Assembly: GCA_049589195.1 (NCBI GenBank)
Contig: JBAWAH010000021.1
Location: 30,649-94,648, forward strand
Source: Bacteroidota bacterium
Lineage (GTDB): Bacteria; Bacteroidota; Ignavibacteria; UBA10030; JAHEZR01
Reading direction: 5' to 3'
DNA: 64,000 nucleotides
Shown here: piece by piece, positions 59,974 through 64,000 of the stretch
Layout of the letters: every line of letters starts with the position of its first letter
How positions within the stretch are numbered: position 1 is the first letter of the stretch
Notes under the pieces: model-generated
What the model saw: the letters and a program-made list of their open reading frames with translations, nothing else
What the model was told of the DNA's origin: nothing
Databases searched by the model: none
Translations under genes and position numbers: made by a program

Positions 59974-60518
59974 TGCTTCTCCGCAAGTGCATAAATCGAC
60001 TTCAGGTTTCTCATCTTCTGCGCGTAATCTAGTCCATATCCAATGACGAATCGATTGGGAATCTCGAATCCAACGTAATCGAGGGAGACCATAATCTTCG
60101 CCGCCTCTTTTTTGTGAAGAAGAGTAACGATACGAAATGAGGCTGGCTTTTGTTCAAGAATCAGCCTCTTGATGAAATCGATCGAGAGCCCCGAATCGAC
60201 AATATCTTCAACTGCGATAATGTGGTTGTCGGAAACTTGACAATTCAGTTCCTTCAGCATCGTGACATTGCCGGAGGAAATCTTGGCGTCTCCATAACTC
60301 GAGAGCTTTAGAAAATCGACCTCACACTCAACAGTGATTTCTCTAATGAGATCTGAGAAGAAGATGACAGAGCCATTAAGGATCCCAATGAAGATTGGGA
60401 CTTTTCCCCTGTAATCAGTGCTAATCTGCTTGGCCAACTCCTTTGTACGGGCACGAATTCTCTCTTCCGGTATGAAAACCTCAAATTGTTCACCGTTGAC
60501 TGAGATCCTGTCACCCAT
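59970..60518 (-). CDS. hpt: Hypoxanthine phosphoribosyltransferase
   Basis: PRTase motif [13 protein letters not shown]; 182 aa. Confidence 0.85.
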   Translation of the reverse strand: MGDRISVNGEQFEVFIPEERIRARTKELAKQISTDYRGKVPIFIGILNGSVIFFSDLIREITVECEVDFLKLSSYGDAKISSGNVTMLKELNCQVSDNHIIAVEDIVDSGLSIDFIKRLILEQKPASFRIVTLLHKKEAAKIMVSLDYVGFEIPNRFVIGYGLDYAQKMRNLKSIYALAEKH

Positions 60519-60527
60519 TGGAACAAT

Positions 60528-61940
60528 CTACAATTCTTTATCTTCGAATTCAAGTTTCAGCACTCTCTTTGTCGAAGGCCTGATGCGGTAGCGATTGTCT
60601 AGTCGAACGCCGCATACCCATACTATGTTCCCATGGGATTCGAGCACAGGAATCTCCTCCTTCTTGTACCTTGGGATCTTCGCATCAATGAAGAAATCGC
60701 TGAGTTTCTTAGGCTGTCCCATGCCAAAAGGGATAAACCAATCTCCTTTTCTCCAGGTGCGAAGAAGCAAACGATTGTTCAGCCTGTCAGCGTCGATGTA
60801 CTCGATATGACGATCGTGTGTCCAGCGAGCCTGCTCACGTGGGATCGTCTGAGAAGTGAATCGGAAGGAACCGAGTTCGTAGCTCCTGCCTGGTGTCACC
60901 TCTTCTTTGATTTCATGCTTCTTTCTCTTCCGAAGGAAGATCAGTTGCTCGCGGTCCCTATAAACCTTGAAGCCCTTCGAGAACTCGATGCGCTTGCCTG
61001 TGTCCGAGCTGAGAAGTCCAAGGATTCTTAATACCTCCCTGGATTCCAGAGGCACTTCAGTGTACGATTGCGCGACGAGTTTAACGACCGTCTCCTGCAA
61101 GTAGCGGTGAATCCCCTTGAGTTTCGTCACGTCGAGGGAATGGAGATCATTTGTCTTCTTTAGGGTCACGCGCTGCAGATGCCTCTTCGCTTCCTGAAGC
61201 ACGAAGTCTTCAACCCGACTAAAGATATCTGAGGTCCGATTGAGCGTCTCGACAATATCAGTGTTCAGTGACTCTTGCAGCAAGGGAAGAATTTTCTTTC
61301 GGATGAAATTCCTCTTGTAGTGAAGCTTTTTGTTTGACGAGTCGGTTCGATACTTAAGCCTGTGGAGTCTCGCGTGCGCTTCGATTTCGGACCGCGAGGC
61401 AAAGAGCAAAGGTCGAATTAGATGGAGGTCGGGTCTGTAGGCGGGGATGCCGGTGAGTCCGCTGATTCCGGTTCCGCGACAGAGATTCAAGAGCAGGGTT
61501 TCGGCGTTGTCATTTGCGTTGTGTGCTGTTGCGATCTTCTGCGTGCTGTCTTCCTTCAAGAGACTGGCCAAGAAACTGTACCGTAGCTCTCGAGCGGCCT
61601 CTTGGATGGAAATCTTTCGATGCCTTGAGTGCGTCGCCGTCTCGGCTTGATCGACGATGAATTGATACCCGTGCCTCTTGGCGAGCCTTCGCACGAAGGT
61701 CTCGTCAGCGTCGGATTCCTTCTCTCTGAGTTGGTGATTGAAATGCGCGACACTCAGCCGGAGGTCATATTTCTTCTTCAGCTTGGAGAAGAGATCAAGT
61801 AGAACCACCGAGTCCACGCCGCCACTCACTGCAACAATGATCGCGTCACCTTTCCGGAGGAGCGATTTCTCATTGCAAGAGCGTTCGAATCGATCCAGTA
61901 GCCCATTTGTCCGCTTCATCGGAGGTCCCTTCTGACACAA
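60528..61940 (-). CDS. tilS: tRNA(Ile)-lysidine synthetase
   Basis: PP-loop SGGVDSVVLL and TilS C-terminal substrate-binding domain; 470 aa (start may be the internal MKRTNGLL). Confidence 0.8.
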   Translation of the reverse strand: MCQKGPPMKRTNGLLDRFERSCNEKSLLRKGDAIIVAVSGGVDSVVLLDLFSKLKKKYDLRLSVAHFNHQLREKESDADETFVRRLAKRHGYQFIVDQAETATHSRHRKISIQEAARELRYSFLASLLKEDSTQKIATAHNANDNAETLLLNLCRGTGISGLTGIPAYRPDLHLIRPLLFASRSEIEAHARLHRLKYRTDSSNKKLHYKRNFIRKKILPLLQESLNTDIVETLNRTSDIFSRVEDFVLQEAKRHLQRVTLKKTNDLHSLDVTKLKGIHRYLQETVVKLVAQSYTEVPLESREVLRILGLLSSDTGKRIEFSKGFKVYRDREQLIFLRKRKKHEIKEEVTPGRSYELGSFRFTSQTIPREQARWTHDRHIEYIDADRLNNRLLLRTWRKGDWFIPFGMGQPKKLSDFFIDAKIPRYKKEEIPVLESHGNIVWVCGVRLDNRYRIRPSTKRVLKLEFEDKEL

Positions 61941-62090
61941 GTTTAACGAATATTGACGCGATAAGCAAGATAACGAGAATCGATGAACTCCATGTTGATC
62001 CTCTCACAAGGGCAGGTCGATGCTTTCGTCAAGGATTGAAAGGAGAACTTTGCTGAGAGGAGATCGTTCGAGTGGAGTCTGGTGGGATTG

Positions 62091-62164
62091 TAGCGGAGGA
62101 GGGATTCGAACCCCCGACACACGGATTATGATTCCGTTGCTCTAACCGACTGAGCTACTCCGCC
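62091..62164 (-). tRNA. tRNA with anticodon CAU (Met elongator or tRNA-Ile2/lysidine type); CCA not encoded
   Basis: Minus-strand sequence GGCGGAG-TA-GCTC-AGTCGGTTA-GAGC-A-ACGGA-ATCATAA-TCCGT-GTGTC-GGGGG-TTCGAAT-CCCTC-CTCCGCT-A folds as a cloverleaf (G1-U72 wobble); anticodon loop AU-CAU-AA. Confidence 0.8.
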
Positions 62165-62485
62165 ATTCTCTGACAAGATGTTGTCTCTCAAGAAGTCTCT
62201 GCCAGCTCCAGTCTTGAGCCAGCGTTCGTATTGCATTGCATCGGATCTGGTTTCGAACGGTTTTGAATAGACAATCTTCCAATCAGTGTCTTGACTTGTC
62301 CATTTACTTCGACCCTTGTTATGCTGATCGAGCCGGCGTCTCAAGTTCTTCGCCTGCCCTGTGTAAGTAAGACCTCTCTTCCTTTGAATCACGTACGCAT
62401 AATACGTGGCCTGGACACTCCCGTCGTGGCGGAGGAGGGATTCGTTCGCCACGGCGAATCCGCCTGTGGCGGAAACCCCCGACAC
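62126..62485 (-). CDS. Small GIY-YIG nuclease family protein (YhbQ/UPF0213-like), reading frame overlapping two tRNA(-like) sequences
   Basis: GIY-YIG core YYAYVIQ...GLTYTGQAKNLRRRLDQHNKG...KIVYSKPFETRSDAMQYERWLK; GTG start lies in the variable region of the upstream pseudo-tRNA and the last 13 codons (GGVAQSVRATES*) are translated from the 5' half of the tRNA, ending at the TAA in its anticodon loop. Confidence 0.6.
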   Translation of the reverse strand: MSGVSATGGFAVANESLLRHDGSVQATYYAYVIQRKRGLTYTGQAKNLRRRLDQHNKGRSKWTSQDTDWKIVYSKPFETRSDAMQYERWLKTGAGRDFLRDNILSENGGVAQSVRATES

Positions 62486-62616
62486 ACGGGTTATGATTCC
62501 GTTGCTCTAACCGATCCCGTTCTAACAAAGCAGGAACGGGGATCCTCGATTCGACAATGAATTTAACTCCCTGTCGTTCGTTAAGTCCAGTCGAATCGGG
62601 ACTGAGCTACTCCGCC
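62427..62616 (-). pseudogene. Second tRNA(CAU)-like copy with two structured insertions (about 85 nt in the D-loop, about 28 nt in the T-loop), probable pseudo-tRNA or integration scar
   Basis: Acceptor stem, D-stem, anticodon arm (CAU), variable loop and T-stem are near-identical to the tRNA at 62091-62164; insertions form inverted-repeat hairpins; A31-C39 mismatch in the anticodon stem. Confidence 0.45.
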
Positions 62617-62799
62617 GCTTATTCCGCAAACAATATAGCACTTCGCGACTTGATATTCAATGTCTTGTTACGCGTCTCTGCTTCTTCGTGGCCTTCCCTC
62701 TCGACCCTATTGATCGGAGAAAAGTTTCGCGAGCGGTCATTCCATCACCTTGATTTCTTGTACAGATCTTATAATATTGGGTGGGATTCATTATCCAAA

Positions 62800-63399
62800 A
62801 TGATCTCTGGAATCATATTGGCCGCGGGCGAATCATCCCGTATGGGTTCTCCCAAAGCGCTCCTCAAGATTGGCGGGAAGAGCTTCGTCCAGCACATCGT
62901 CGATGTCTTCATCGCTTCGCGGGTTCTCGACATCGTAGTTGTCTTGGGAGCAGATAGTGAGGCAATCAAGACTCAATTGAACTGGTTCAAAGGGAAGACT
63001 GTTATCAATGAAGAATGGAAGAGGGGACAGCTCTCATCGATCCTCGCTGGTTTACATGCGGTCGATCAAGAAGACCTCCATGGAGTGCTCATCTGGCCCG
63101 TAGATCGACCTCTTGTGAGCGAGCACGTTATCGTCGGGATCTTGCACCAGTTCTGGACGAAGCATAAGCAGATCGTCGTGCCTGTCTTCAGTGGCCAGAG
63201 GGGGCACCCTGTTCTCGTGGGAAAGAGTTTGTTCGAAGCCTTGGAAAAAGCACCCATGGACATTGGCGCGCGAACAGTTCTCTGGGATCACCCTAAAGAT
63301 GTGCTCGAGTATCAGACAGAGGAAGATGGCGTTGTCATCAACATTGACTCAGCGGAAGATTACCAAAAATATGTGCTGAACCGGGCAGAACTGAGCTGA
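62800..63399 (+). CDS. MobA-like nucleotidyltransferase (molybdenum cofactor cytidylyl/guanylyl-transferase, MocA/MobA family)
   Basis: N-terminal ILAAGESSRMG.PKALL motif of the NTP_transf_3 family; about 200 aa from the internal ATG. Confidence 0.65.
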   Translation: MISGIILAAGESSRMGSPKALLKIGGKSFVQHIVDVFIASRVLDIVVVLGADSEAIKTQLNWFKGKTVINEEWKRGQLSSILAGLHAVDQEDLHGVLIWPVDRPLVSEHVIVGILHQFWTKHKQIVVPVFSGQRGHPVLVGKSLFEALEKAPMDIGARTVLWDHPKDVLEYQTEEDGVVINIDSAEDYQKYVLNRAELS

Positions 63400-63407
63400 T
63401 ACCATCA

Positions 63408-64000
63408 ATGGATATTTTCGAGGAAATAGTGAAGTCGTTGAAAGGCGAGGAGCAGATCATGCTCGCGACGATTATCTCGACGACTGGCTCGACTCCGGCT
63501 GCCGAGCTCTCGAAGATGGTCATTCGAAATCAGGGTCTTACAACGATAGGCACTGTCGGCGGGGGATGTCTGGAAGCAGAGGTTCTGACCTCGGCCCGCA
63601 GCCTGTACGGGACAAAGAAGGCGAAGGTCTCGACCTTTCACCTCAATGAGGACAATGCAGAGTCCGGGCTCATCTGCGGCGGCAGTCTCGATGTCCTCAT
63701 CGAGCCGATCGACCAATCGTCTCTGCCAGTGCTCGAGAGTCTGCTGAGCTCGCGAGCGCGTGGAGAAGATGGGGCTCTTGTAACCTTTCTGGAAAAGGAG
63801 AGAACGACTGGGAGGTTCTATCTTGCTGTGGGACAAAGAGTTGCAGAACCAGCGCTTCCGCCAGAGATCAAAGACGCGATTCTTGAATCTGTACGTGAGG
63901 TGATGAGGACACACGAAGTCGCTCGGTTCACTGTAAAGGAGGCCGAAGTCATTGTCGAACCGGTTCCTGGTCAACCGAGTCTCATCCTCTTCGGGGGAGG
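63408..64000 (+). CDS. XdhC/CoxI family molybdoenzyme maturation factor (3' partial, runs off the window end)
   Basis: My own translation from 63408 gives an open frame to the window edge (MDIFEEIVKSLKGEEQIMLATIISTTGSTPAAELSKMVI...GTVGGGCLEAEV...LILFGG); the XdhC N-domain pattern (GS.P...G.KM.V...G...G.V.GGC.E) is present. Not in the track because no stop is reached. Confidence 0.6.
   Translation, partial: MDIFEEIVKSLKGEEQIMLATIISTTGSTPAAELSKMVIRNQGLTTIGTVGGGCLEAEVLTSARSLYGTKKAKVSTFHLNEDNAESGLICGGSLDVLIEPIDQSSLPVLESLLSSRARGEDGALVTFLEKERTTGRFYLAVGQRVAEPALPPEIKDAILESVREVMRTHEVARFTVKEAEVIVEPVPGQPSLILFGG

Noticed and set aside
62087-62620. Classical tRNA-integrated genomic island at the tRNA-CAU locus
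   Set aside because: No integrase, excisionase, transposase or cargo genes lie between or beside the tRNA copies. Only the small GIY-YIG ORF is present, so the locus is reported as a tRNA duplication/insertion scar rather than as an island.
63405-63974. 189-aa minus-strand ORF at the window end
   Set aside because: The plus strand in the same interval encodes a clean XdhC/CoxI N-terminal domain starting at ATG 63408 and continuing off the window, so the minus-strand ORF is a shadow.

Overview
64 kb bacterial chromosomal window, roughly 55% GC by eye, densely coding. Two large secreted proteins end in type IX secretion (T9SS) C-terminal sorting domains, and several proteins look like Bacteroidetes-type families (PUR-like DUF3276, DUF4905-like, LAB_N), so the source is probably an FCB-superphylum-like organism; the phylum cannot be fixed from sequence. 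Most of the window is core metabolism: a minus-strand polysaccharide-utilisation operon (Na+/solute symporter, two putative glycoside hydrolases and a secreted lyase-like protein; 231-10300); endonuclease V, glycerate kinase and inositol monophosphatase; a nucleotide cluster (thymidine phosphorylase, NUDIX, PyrE); an orphan AmmeMemoRadiSam-type radical SAM enzyme; MurI; the SAM cycle (metK-ahcY); HPr and Enzyme I without any EII; PGI/PMI; a HEXXH/TolB-propeller/beta-barrel outer-membrane protein followed by a BamB-like lipoprotein; RibH, RadA, RdgB, YjbQ, HisG, FtsH, Hpt and TilS; and a MocA-like gene plus partial XdhC at the window end. Accessory or unusual content: (1) a single-gene STAND (NB-ARC-like) NTPase with C-terminal TPRs and three near-identical 138-bp in-frame tandem repeats; (2) a type II restriction-modification pair (beta-class N4/N6 methyltransferase with an ATGA-overlapping putative endonuclease) wedged between housekeeping genes; (3) a 1698-aa T9SS cargo protein made of five diverged CARDB+lamin-tail-domain units, each about 840 bp; (4) a tRNA(CAU) directly downstream of tilS, followed by a small GIY-YIG nuclease ORF whose frame reads through the tRNA, and a second tRNA(CAU) copy carrying structured insertions of about 85 nt (D-loop) and 28 nt (T-loop), which looks like a tRNA-targeted integration or rearrangement scar. 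This last locus is the most unusual thing I can see. No CRISPR array, transposase or integrase was found.
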